From Prasinococcaceae sp. CCMP 1430 (taxonomy: Eukaryota > Plantae > Prasinodermophyta): a DNA stretch of 64,000 nt. Location of the stretch: the NCBI GenBank assembly GCA_013416795.1, contig RQSC01000016.1:29757-93756 (forward strand), read 5' to 3'. The notes beneath the pieces were generated by a model that was not told the origin of the DNA, did not search any database, and saw nothing but the letters and a program-made list of their open reading frames with translations. Within the stretch, counting starts at the first letter, position 1. The number at the start of each line of letters is the position of its first letter. Both the position numbers and the translations under genes were made by a program. Shown piece after piece: positions 31,204 through 41,696 of this stretch.

Positions 31204-34200
31204 ATGCGCTCGCGGGCGGCATCGCGGACACGCGCGCTCGCACTTGCGCTCGTGGCCGCGCTGCCGGCCCTGCTGCCGCTGTGGCCGAGGGATTCGCCGG
31301 CGCTCCTTGTCGCACACGCGGCCAACGTGCCCATCTTGACGTCAACTGGCAGCGGCTTTGTCTATAACGACTTCGAGGACGATCCGAGCGTGGCAGCTGT
31401 CGGGCTGGGCCTCGTCTTCGCCGGCGATGCGGCCTACTACTCGCGACGCTTGGACGCGTGCGGCGTCTGCTCCGGCGACAACTCCACATGCGAGGGCTGT
31501 GATGGCGTGCCGCTCAGCGGCGCGGTATATGACGCTTGCGGCGATTGCCTGCTCCCGCGGGACAAGGCGTTTAACACCAGCTGCGCGGACTGCGCAGGCG
31601 AGCCTAATGGGCCGCTCCGCATCGACCTGTGCGGCGAGTGTCACGAACCCGCCGATGCGACGGTGTTCTCCATGTCCTGCGCGGGCTGCGATGGCGTCGC
31701 AAACAGCGGCAAGACCAACGATGACTGTGGCGTGTGCGACGGAGATGCATTCGCGGGGACTGGGCGGTCGTACAGAGGGCACCCAGACGATGAGCTCCCA
31801 TACAAGTGCCTCGACTGCGCCGATGTGCCCCACGGTCACAATTACGTGGACCTGTGCTGCGGCTGCGTGAGCGAAACGCAGGCGGGCGATCGACCGATGG
31901 GCGACATCGCACCCGAGCCACCGCCTGCGCATGCGCACGCGCTGGCGCTTTTCAGGCACGCGGCAGAGCTGCTCGCCAACGCGACAGCGCTCGAGAGCAC
32001 GTGGCGCGCGCACCATGATGCCACCCTCGGTTACGATGGAGAGGAACCCAACAGCTACGCCACACTCCCCTTGGTCGAAGCTTACACTGCTGCCCGCGAG
32101 GCGTTCGAATCGGCTTGGGGCGTGGTCTACTCGGACGAAGCCGACGATAACTCGACGTGCTATGCGGAGGCCTTTGTGCTCCTCAATTCTACTGAGCCCC
32201 CTCGCGACATCTGCGGTGTGTGTGGAGGGGACAACGCGACCTGCCTGGGTTGCGACGGCTTGCCGCTACCGTATGGCGAGGGGCTGATGGTGGACGACTG
32301 CGGGGTCTGCGGCGGGGAGAATGGCGCCCTCGACGATTGTGGCGTATGCTTCGGAGGTAACAGCACATGTCGTGGGTGCGATGGCATGCCCAACTCGGGG
32401 ATGCTTATTGATGCGTGTGGCCAATGTCTGGATCCACGAGATCCCACATTCGATTCGTCCTGTGCGGGTTGCGACGGCGTCCCAAACTCGGGCGCTGTCA
32501 TTGACGACTGCGGTGTCTGCGCAGTGCCTGGCACCGACGCATTCAACGCGGGCTGTACGGGCTGTGACGGCGTGGCACACAGTGGGCTGGTATACGATGC
32601 CTGCTGCGAGTGCGGAGGGAACGCCACTGTGGACTCCGAGTGCTACACCCTCATCCTGGAAGAACAGGAACGACAGCTGAATTCTGTGATCCCGTGGACG
32701 GACGCGCTAAATATCACGCGCAACCTCCCGCTGCTCCACGTGACCATGGGTGATCAGAGCGAGCCATCCAGCATACAGGGCCAGCCGTACGACGCCTGCG
32801 GCGTGTGCTTTGGTGATTCGCGCAGCTGCCTCGGATGCGACGGCGTGCCTGCCAGCAGTGCGCTGGTCGACGCGTGCGGTGTGTGCGCTGGAAATTGTTC
32901 CGCTTGCGTGCCGCGCTGCGCGGAGCAGGATTGCGTTTTCGTGGGGCCGGACGGTGCTGGTGAGGCCGCGTGCGAGATCTACGCGCCTCCCGTGCCGGAG
33001 CTCGCGGAACGCGAACGCAAAGACTGGGTTGTCGTCTTGTACAACCGTGAGTTCGGGCCGTTCTCAATCGAGGAGCTTGAAATCGGCGCGATCATGGCCG
33101 TGAATCCAGTCAATAAGGAGCCTGTCATGCATTCGCTGACTCCTGAGACAATGGTTGGCCATCTCTATCGGGAGGAGCGCACCACCCAAGTGACATACGG
33201 CAATGCCTCACAGCAGGCAAGCCAACCGCAGGCGTGGTCAAAGTTCTACGATTTGGACGCCAACCCGGTCGCTGAGGATGGTACGCGAATCGGGGGGAGA
33301 CAGACGGACCCCTCAACGTGCACGCTGCAGTGCCTCGAGTATGCGTGCAAAGTGCCCGAGTCTGAGTGGAGCGGTAGCACGTGCCCTGAGCTCGACTTCA
33401 GCATTTCGCGCTGCGTCACGTCGGGGGCGGAGTGCATTATTGGCAATGGCCTCCGATGTGACGAGGTCAAATATTCTTGGCTCACTGCGGCGCAGCAGGC
33501 CGCCGTATGGGCCAGGCCGGAAATGAACCAGAATCCAGTCGAATGGTTTGACGGGGAGCGCTGCGGCCACCTCAGCGCGCTCGGTGGAGTGGGTGCGGCA
33601 GAACTCGGCTGCGATGGCACGCTCACGTCTCCCTGCTCTGACCGCTGGCTTGAAGACATTGTGGAGAATGTGGTGACTATCACGCAAATAGAAACGCATC
33701 TGTATCACGGTGGCTATCTGCCCATGAGTGTGATGCCGGGCCTGGAGCGTGTTGTGTACGACGCGTGCACTGGCGCATCTTCGCGTGCGGGCGTCCACGA
33801 GCTGCATGGCAAGCGCACGGGTATCAACGATTTGGGCTTGCTCACGCTTGCTCCAAATCTGACCGCGTTCGGCGGGGCGCTGGCTATGGGTGCACATGAC
33901 ATGGACTGGAACCCCGATGAACGGTACATTTACGACGTGGTTGAGACCTGGCACGACCTTTCGTGCACGTGTAGCGCTACATGGGTGTTCAAGGACAGCG
34001 AGCCCATTCCGCCGACGTGTCCGCGCGCATGGCGCTCCTGGGAAGAATGGGAGGACTACGACAACGTGTTCGTGGCGGACAACCGCCGGTACGAGTACAG
34101 TGCGGTGCGCTCGCTGTCGAGAGGCTCCTGGAAGGTCTCAGGCGGCTGGTGGGCGAAGGATGTCGGGGGCGGTGCTGTTTCGAAGCGCGGTGCGTTTCGC

Positions 34201-35310
34201 ATTGGCTCGCACGGCTCGCTCGCGGTGCACACGGTGGACACGCTCCCCACGCACTCATGGCCTGCCGAGGGCACGTACACGTCGCTCGCGCACGAGCATG
34301 TCGCGTCACCACCACGTGGTCCTGTCAACCCATACGACCTGGACGAATACGGCGACGAAAGTGACGCTGGGGGGTTCGGGAAGGACGGCCACAGTGGCAC
34401 GGGAGTTGCCACGGTGGGTCGATCATACACGACGCTGAGACCCTTTACAGAAGTTGGGCTGCCGCCGGGCGCTTGCTATCGCGCGGCACGGGTGGTGCCG
34501 GCGGCAGCACACGCTTCGGGAGCGCTGTGGTACCCACAGCAGCAAAGCGTGGCACAGGGCTTCGAATTTGTGGTCAGATTTCAGGCGGTGGACCGCGCGC
34601 GCGCTTGCCGCGACGTCAGTACGCTTTCACGCTCAATGTCGCTCGAAATTCGCACGGGGTTGCACCGCACGTGCGAGCACGCCGGTGCGGATGGCCTCGC
34701 ACTCGTGATTTCTGGGGACGACTCTGGCTTCAAAAACAACGCGCCAGGGGCGCTGGGGGAGGGCGGGCCAGGACTCGGGTATGCCGGCCTCATATCAACT
34801 CTTGCTGTTGAGCTCGACTCCTGGGCCAATGCAGAGCTTGGTGAGCCGCCAGGTGAGCACATTGCTGTGCACGCGTCCAACGCGGGCGAGGCAGTGTCTG
34901 CGCGCCACGCACACAGGCTGGGCGCGGCGGTGCTCGGCAGTGGTGTGCATGCGCGCGCAGGGAGCTCGCGGACGAGCATCTCTGCGGACGGGCACGTGCA
35001 CACTGTGCGCGTGGTATACCGCCCCGCCGGGAGAAACGGCTTCGGTAGCTCCGGACCAGACCTCGTCGCAGCGCTTGAAAGCGGCGCATACGATGCGCGC
35101 GAGCTCTCTGAGCACTTTGTGGCCGGCGGCGAGGCGGGCAGCCTCGAAGTTTTCCTCGATGATGCACCTGGGCCGCAGCTGCGCGTCCCGCTGAGCTTGG
35201 CGGCAGTGCTGGGAGCGGATCGCTCGCGTGCGTGGGTGGGAGTCACGGCCGCCACCGGCGAGAGATGGCAGGCCATTGACGTCTTTTCGATGCAGTTTGA
35301 TTCGTTTTGA
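31204..35310 (+). CDS. Large secreted Cys-rich DxCGxC-repeat protein with a C-terminal legume (L-type) lectin domain
   Basis: Signal peptide; about 13 DxC[GC]xC repeats (e.g. DACGVCSGDNSTCEGCDGVP). Lectin motifs GADGLALVI, LAVELDSW, HIAVH, DGHVHTVRVVY, AWVGVTAATG. Intronless. Confidence 0.8.
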   Translation: MRSRAASRTRALALALVAALPALLPLWPRDSPALLVAHAANVPILTSTGSGFVYNDFEDDPSVAAVGLGLVFAGDAAYYSRRLDACGVCSGDNSTCEGCDGVPLSGAVYDACGDCLLPRDKAFNTSCADCAGEPNGPLRIDLCGECHEPADATVFSMSCAGCDGVANSGKTNDDCGVCDGDAFAGTGRSYRGHPDDELPYKCLDCADVPHGHNYVDLCCGCVSETQAGDRPMGDIAPEPPPAHAHALALFRHAAELLANATALESTWRAHHDATLGYDGEEPNSYATLPLVEAYTAAREAFESAWGVVYSDEADDNSTCYAEAFVLLNSTEPPRDICGVCGGDNATCLGCDGLPLPYGEGLMVDDCGVCGGENGALDDCGVCFGGNSTCRGCDGMPNSGMLIDACGQCLDPRDPTFDSSCAGCDGVPNSGAVIDDCGVCAVPGTDAFNAGCTGCDGVAHSGLVYDACCECGGNATVDSECYTLILEEQERQLNSVIPWTDALNITRNLPLLHVTMGDQSEPSSIQGQPYDACGVCFGDSRSCLGCDGVPASSALVDACGVCAGNCSACVPRCAEQDCVFVGPDGAGEAACEIYAPPVPELAERERKDWVVVLYNREFGPFSIEELEIGAIMAVNPVNKEPVMHSLTPETMVGHLYREERTTQVTYGNASQQASQPQAWSKFYDLDANPVAEDGTRIGGRQTDPSTCTLQCLEYACKVPESEWSGSTCPELDFSISRCVTSGAECIIGNGLRCDEVKYSWLTAAQQAAVWARPEMNQNPVEWFDGERCGHLSALGGVGAAELGCDGTLTSPCSDRWLEDIVENVVTITQIETHLYHGGYLPMSVMPGLERVVYDACTGASSRAGVHELHGKRTGINDLGLLTLAPNLTAFGGALAMGAHDMDWNPDERYIYDVVETWHDLSCTCSATWVFKDSEPIPPTCPRAWRSWEEWEDYDNVFVADNRRYEYSAVRSLSRGSWKVSGGWWAKDVGGGAVSKRGAFRIGSHGSLAVHTVDTLPTHSWPAEGTYTSLAHEHVASPPRGPVNPYDLDEYGDESDAGGFGKDGHSGTGVATVGRSYTTLRPFTEVGLPPGACYRAARVVPAAAHASGALWYPQQQSVAQGFEFVVRFQAVDRARACRDVSTLSRSMSLEIRTGLHRTCEHAGADGLALVISGDDSGFKNNAPGALGEGGPGLGYAGLISTLAVELDSWANAELGEPPGEHIAVHASNAGEAVSARHAHRLGAAVLGSGVHARAGSSRTSISADGHVHTVRVVYRPAGRNGFGSSGPDLVAALESGAYDARELSEHFVAGGEAGSLEVFLDDAPGPQLRVPLSLAAVLGADRSRAWVGVTAATGERWQAIDVFSMQFDSF

Positions 35311-35344
35311 CCAATTCGATTGTAAATCATGTGTAGTACGTACT

Positions 35345-37763
35345 CTACTTGTCGACGAAGCGGTAGAGCACGCCTTGCCTGCGGCCGTGTTTGCTTTGCG
35401 CCATCACCTGTGCGATGCATCGTTCTTTGTACTTCTCCCATCGTAGCGCTTTCCGGTAGGCGGCCGAAAGCTCGGAACGCCCCAAGTACGCTTTGCGTGC
35501 GCCTAGAGCGCTCGGGTGTGAGATACTTGAGTTCACATCAGTGCCAGCGCGCAGGCTCTCCTCCATGCGCACGAGCACCGAGGGCGCCCGCGTAGCGATG
35601 TCCACTCGGCTGAGCGCTAGTACTTCGCAGGCGCAGGCACTGATTACAGAGGCGGTGCGTGGGGTGTTGTTCACGACTCCGACCTCTCCGAAGATGGCAC
35701 CCGGGCCAAGCGTCCCTGCCTCAAAGAATCTCCGTGCTGTCCCGCGTTTGACGCTGGGCGCTGTTACTATCACTTTGAGCTCGCCCTGCGGTGACACTTG
35801 TTGTCAGGCACATGCTCGTGGCACACGCATCATGCATATCATACTGGCGAAGAGCGCATTTCGACCCTACGCTACAATGGATGGCTTCGCGCCTTTCAGT
35901 CCCACGCACAGGCATTGCACACCACTGCGCGCCTCTGACCTTTCGCACAACGTAGAGCACGTCAGAAGGTTGTCCCTGTGCGAAGAGCACGCGCCGAGGT
36001 GCAAGCTTGCGCGTCTGCGCAATTTCTGCCACACTTTCGAGCTGAGCGCGATTGCAGTGCTTGAAAGCTTGCGCGTTTCTCAAGAGATCTGCGCGAGAGG
36101 CTGGCATATTTGACGACCGCAGCAGCGCAGCGACCGCACAGGTACGTGTGCCGCGGGGAGACGCAGCGCGAGAAATCGGCGGCATCGTACATCAGAACGA
36201 CGTGAGCACATGCGCGTGCGGCGGCGACGATCAATCAGAAGACGCGACGTCATGATGTCCACAAGCCGCACAAGCGTTGCTGCTCGTGCTCGTCGTGCGC
36301 ACACGCGCACTATCATGCACCCTCTTGGGGCGACACGCATCAGTGAGGGATTTGCGAGACGCACCAATTTCGAGCCTCTGTGATCGAACAAGCATGCGCT
36401 CGTAGTCGTGCCTTTCGATGGCAACTAACAACAGCGGAGCCTCGCTCGTTGCTGAGACTGTCGCGGCGCGCTTGCGTCGGGCGTCATCGTTCGCCATGAG
36501 AGCCAGCTCACCGAAAGAGTCGCCAGGGCCTAAAGTGCACGCGATGAAGTGCCTCGGAACGAGGGTGTCTGTGTGTGGTCTATGCTCGGTATCCGTGCGC
36601 CCCTCAGAATTAGTCGCCCCCCTAGAACTGCCGGTGTCCCCAGTGTCAATACTGGGGAAAGTTTGAGGTGTACGTGGACGCACTAACCGAATGTGGGGGT
36701 TTTGCGACACGATGCTCACGCGTGCGCGCCCACTGAGCACAACGTAAAAGGTTGTGCCCTCATCGCCTGCCTCAAATACATTGCGACCCTGAGGAACGCT
36801 CACCAGCGACGCAACATCGCACAACTCCCTGGTGACAGCAGGCGCGAGCTTCTGGAAGAACAACACGCTCGACAAATGATTGAAGATGAGTATACGCTCA
36901 TGCGTACTGCGCTCGCAGCCCGAGCGTGACAGCGCTGCCAGCAGCGCGGGGTCGGGGAGCTCATCGCCGCGGTCACGAAGACGAGAAATGCAAGCGTAAT
37001 CTGGGTTGTGCTCGTGAGGGCATGATGCGCGCGCGAAACTCTGCGACTGAGGCTGCTGGCGGCCGTCCGCGTGAGCGGTCACTTCTTCTGTCGCCAAAAA
37101 TCGCAAGGATCCCCTTCGACGACGCTGCGTCGTTCGATCGTGCGCCCTCTTTCGCCAACCCGCACGCATTCGCGCTCCACAAGAGGGAGTTGCGATCTCG
37201 TTCCTGGCGCGCGCGCCTGGCACATTGATGGCCAGCTCGTCAATGTCGGCGAGCGTGTGTCCTTTGGCGGGACTTCTGTCGACTGCGGTAGTGTCGAAAG
37301 TGCCTCCGATGCGGAGGGGCCTTGCGCGCGCGCGGCAACTGCGCGCGGCGTGCTGGGTGACCTCGCCGAGACCAACCCTCAACTCGAGCGCCGCGTGGGC
37401 ATTGGCTTCCACCTCTTGCACGAGCCTTGACGCTTCGTGTGCCGCGTGCAAGGACATTCGAGTCACGAGCTGACCCTGCGTGAGCCCACCAGCCGGCGAG
37501 ATATCTGCCGCCACTTCAGCTGCGATGGCAACGCTATCGGCGGTGCGCACATGTGCAGCGGCGGCGGCAGCGACCTCCAGCGCATCCACCACTGAATGGC
37601 GGCGGGCGGCGCGCGCGGCGAGCGCCAGCTGTGATCCACGCAAGCTCAGGCGCTTGAAGTGGCCCGCGCGCGCGGGCGAGGACACGTTAGCATCCAAGGC
37701 GTCGCCACCGGCGCTCAGATTCTCATTGGCGGGAGCGCGATGCCCCTGCGCAGGCACGTGCAT
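35345..37763 (-). CDS. Cyclic-nucleotide-binding domain protein (two CNBDs, multi-exon; boundaries approximate)
   Basis: CNBD1: VFEAGDEGTTFYVVLSG…GDSFGELAL…RAATV. CNBD2: LFAQGQPSDVLYVVRK|GELKV…GAIFGEVGV…PRTASV. Confidence 0.8.
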
Positions 37764-38370
37764 ATCTGTTCCCCAGGCGTTTCCCGCGACGAGCGCCTGA
37801 GGCGCCGCGCAGCATGCGCGCCCCCGTGCCCCTGGATCCGTGCCCGGGCGCCAGCCCCCCACCCCACCCCACTCCACCCCACGGTCCCCACCCCACCCCC
37901 CTTGCGCGCCCCGCCCGGAGCCCTCCGCCGCACGCACGCCCAACTACGCCCCTCCCCCCGCGCCCCTACGCAGCCCAGCGCGCGCGGTGTGGCGTTTGCG
38001 CCACTCCAGTCAAGTCCAGACCTCCCCCCCCCTCCCAACCTGCCCATCGCTCCAGACGCGAGAAGGACCGCGCCGCGCGCGCCCCTTCGTCGCTCCTGGC
38101 GCGCGCCCCTTCCGCTCGGCTATTTTGTCGCAGCCTTTTTTTGCGCGGATGCGTTTTGATGGCGGCGAGCGCTCGTATTTTCCTTTTCATTTTCGGCTTT
38201 TCCGACCTCATGCGCTCTCGCAGCGAGGCGCCCGTCTGTGCGTGCGTGCGCGCGGACGGCGCCTCGCGACGGGCGCGGGCGCCTCGCGCAGGCCGCTCAT
38301 GGGTGACACGGGAGCGACGCAGGCTCGTGTCGAAGCCATGGCAGAAGCGATGAAGATATTATTGCCGTTA

Positions 38371-40180
38371 TTACAAATCGGCGGCCTCGGCCGTGTCCAC
38401 GCCCTGCCCCCGCCGTCGCAGCGCGCTGTCCAGCGCGCGCTGTGCCTCCTCCGAGCCGACCCAGTTGAGGAGAGCATCCCTGCGAAAGAGAAGCGATCCC
38501 GGGCGAGGCCCCAGCGAGTACGTGTGCCGCGTGGCCCCGAGCTCCTCGAGCATGGCCTTGACTTTGCGCTCAACCGTGGCGAAGCCCTCATAAGTGCCTA
38601 CCCCTTTGCCATGGATGACACCGACCGTTGTCACCTCTGCGAGCAGTCCGTCCTCCTCGATGGCACGCGGGAGCTCGTCGCGCAACCAGCCCAGCAGGCG
38701 TGCCTGCGCGCCCGCGACCGAGCAACTATGCAGGTCGAGCATCAGTGTGCGCTGATTGTCCGTCCAGCGCGTCTCACGCTTGAGCACGCCCGCGGACGGG
38801 CTTCCCTCTGTCGCGAGCTTGGCGGTGAGCGCCACTGCGTCAGCACGCCTGCCGCTGGCCCACAGTGCATCCACCAGCAGACCATGCGTCACCCGATCGG
38901 GGTGCACACCCTCGTCGCGCATGCGGCGCAGTACCGACTGCGCGCCGGTCGCGTCGCCAGCCTTGGCGTAGGCGTTCAGCAGCGAGTTGAAGTTCCCGGC
39001 CTTCTTGGGCAAGCCCGAGGCCGCGAAGTCCTCCCACACGCGCTCAGCGCGCGTGGTGTCGCCGGCAATCGCACAGGCCTTGAGGAGCGCAGTGTACGCG
39101 TAGTCATTGACGATAGGCACGTTGGCATCGGCGCGCAGCTCTTCGAAGGCCGCAAAGGCGCCCTCCACATCGCCGCCGCGTGCGTGGGCGTTGATGAGCA
39201 CGCAGTAGTGCGCGATCGCGGGGGGCACGGTGCCACGCGACACCATCGCATCGAACATTGCGCGCGCGCCCTCGGGCTCGCGCGCGCGCGCGGCCGCGTG
39301 CATCGCAGTCACGTAGCTCTTCTCGTCGGGCGCAATACCCGTGCTCGCGAGCATGGCCTCCAACGTGCCCATCGCCCCAGCGGGGTCACGCGCGTCCGCG
39401 TGGCACCCGAGCAGTTCGTTGTAGTCTTCAATGCGCGGCTCGAAGCCCGCGCTCGCCATGGCGACGAGCACGCGCTTGGCGCCCTGCACGCCGCCGCCGT
39501 TGTCCAACCGTGAGGACCTCGGCGCCTTCTCCTGCACATCCGCGCCGTCCCCACCATCCCCACCATGGTTGCCATCGAGCGACTGCCGGCCTGCCACGCG
39601 GCCCTTCGGGCGTGCGCGCGCTGCGGCGGCTACGGCGTCGCGGCGGCACACGTGCAGCAGTGCGGTGTAGTGCATGCGGCGAGCCTCAAAGAGCGCGCCC
39701 TCGAGCTCGCCGTCCTCACCCTCGCTCGCGCTCGTGGCCACCTCGAGGAAGGTGGCGGCATGCGCGGGCGGCAGCAGCTGCAGCAAGTAGGCGCCGTGCG
39801 AAGGCGTCCACTCCCAGCCAGCACCCTCCGCGCGCAGCGTCGCCCTTGCGACGCGTGCGCGCGGCGCTGCCGTGCGCAGTGCGTCGGCGAGCGCACCGAG
39901 AAAGGCTCGTGCCTCAGGCGGCTGGTTGGCGGCGAACGCGATGTGCGGCACCGCGCGCACCGCGCCCACGCGCTGCTGCCGGCGACGCAGGCCCTGCGGT
40001 GCCCGTCGACCTGCGCGCCCCCCTTCGCGCCGCGCGAACGACTCGTAGCGCGTCGGGTCGCCCACACCCGCGCCGGCGTAGCTGTTCGTCGGCCCACGGT
40101 GCCTGTAGCCGCCCGCTGCGAAGCCGCGCGCGGCGGCCACTGCAACAACAACGCCGCCTGGGCGCGCTCGTTCGCCGCCA
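38371..40180 (-). CDS. PPR-SMR protein (organellar RNA metabolism); start uncertain
   Basis: About five PPR repeats (YNELLGCHA…, YCVLINAHARGGDVEGA, YTALLKACAIAGD, FNSLLNAYAKAGD…GVHPDRVT) plus an Smr domain LDLHSCSV…VIHGKG. Confidence 0.85.
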
Positions 40181-40559
40181 TGGGCATCATCAGAGCGCGT
40201 GTGCCGCGCGCGCAGCGGCGCTCTGGTCTCATCCGGGCCCCCTGCCCCACTCTCTGGGCGCGCACCCGTCCCTGCGCGCCCCCAGCCACTCGGCCGCTCG
40301 CCCGGCCAGGCAGGCTCCGGGTTCCTTGCTGCCGGCCGTTGGCGACGCTTCGCTCGGCGTGCGCTCCGCTGTGGGCGACGGCGCGGTGCCGGTCCCGCCG
40401 CCGCGCGCACCGCTGCTCGTCGCGGCGACGCCGAGCGTCTTCGATCGTGCCGTGTGTGTGTGTCACGGGATTTTACCAGAGTGTGTGTGTGTCTGGCTAG
40501 TACTAGGCTAGAGAGAGCTAGAGCTAGTGGTCCTACAAGTCGCTTGCTGGGCGTGCCTG

Positions 40560-41081
40560 TCAGCACTTCTTGCGGCAGGCGCAGGCGGGCGTGGCGGACT
40601 CGTCGATGGAGGGGTTGCAGTCGCAGTCGCAGCGCATCGGGGCCATGTAGCAGCCGAGCTCCCCGGGCGCTGTCGCCACCACCTCGCACGCCTTGCGGCC
40701 GTCGTTGCGCACCATCCACGTGCCGCCGCCGTACTCGCCGCGTTCGCACGCGCAGATGAGGCACGAATACACGGGGAGCGGCAAGCCCAGGAACGCGAAG
40801 GGGAAGAAGGCGCAGTCGTCGCCGCAGTCGTGCTGGCCACACGTGCCGCGCACGCACCCTGGGTCCACCCCCACACACACGCAGCAACACGGCGGAGCGC
40901 CCATGTAGCATCCCCCGAGCTCGCGCGGCGCCACGCCCGCGGCGTAGCGGGCGGCATCGTAGTAACGCACGCTCCGGCCTGGCGGCGGCGCCTCCATGCC
41001 CTGCGCCGTGGGGGCCCCCATCACTGTCACCGCCGCCGCCGAGGCCGGCGTCTCGTACGCCAGCTTCGGCGCTGACGCCAT
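40560..41081 (-). CDS. Small Cys-rich hypothetical protein (173 aa, 20 Cys)
   Basis: Clean ORF from MASAPKLAY; coding-like codon usage; short hydrophobic segment FFPFAFLGLPLPVY. Confidence 0.6.
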   Translation of the reverse strand: MASAPKLAYETPASAAAVTVMGAPTAQGMEAPPPGRSVRYYDAARYAAGVAPRELGGCYMGAPPCCCVCVGVDPGCVRGTCGQHDCGDDCAFFPFAFLGLPLPVYSCLICACERGEYGGGTWMVRNDGRKACEVVATAPGELGCYMAPMRCDCDCNPSIDESATPACACRKKC

Positions 41082-41696
41082 CGCGCCCCGCGCACGACGC
41101 GGGGCGCCCGCGCGCGCCCCCGCGCGCGCGCGCGCGCTGTGGCAGCAGAGGAACCGGCCGAGACACGGAGCCGAAACCGAAACCGTTTCGGGTTTGACGG
41201 ATCCCATCATTTTCACGGATTCAATGAATGATCTGATTCGATTTCGCTTTTGGTTTTGCGGGGTGCACTGCGACCGGCCGGGCGGACTCGGACTTTGGCG
41301 CGCGCGCGGCGCCGCGAGGAGCAGAGCAGGCCGGCAGCGCCGCGCCGCCACGTAGGGGGAGGGGGGGAGGGGCGAGGGGATCCAGCGGAGCGAGGGTGCC
41401 TGCTCCTGCGCGGAACATCCCCGGGCGCGCGCGGCGTGGCCGAGGGGAGCGGCGCGTGCGGAGGGGTGTGTAGGGGGGGGGGGCGCCTCCGGTGCGCACC
41501 GGTTCCTTATTTTCGCGCGCGCGCGCGCGAACAGCCGCACGGCCGCGGGTGCAAGAGGGCGGAGGAGGGTGGCAAGGGAGCGGCGGCGGTTGCGGCGGCA
41601 GAGCCGCGCGCGCGCGGGGGGGGGGGGGGGGGGGGGGGGTGTCGCCCAGGGCAGCCACCACCATGCGTCGCACGGCCGTCTTCCCGCGCGGTGGCC

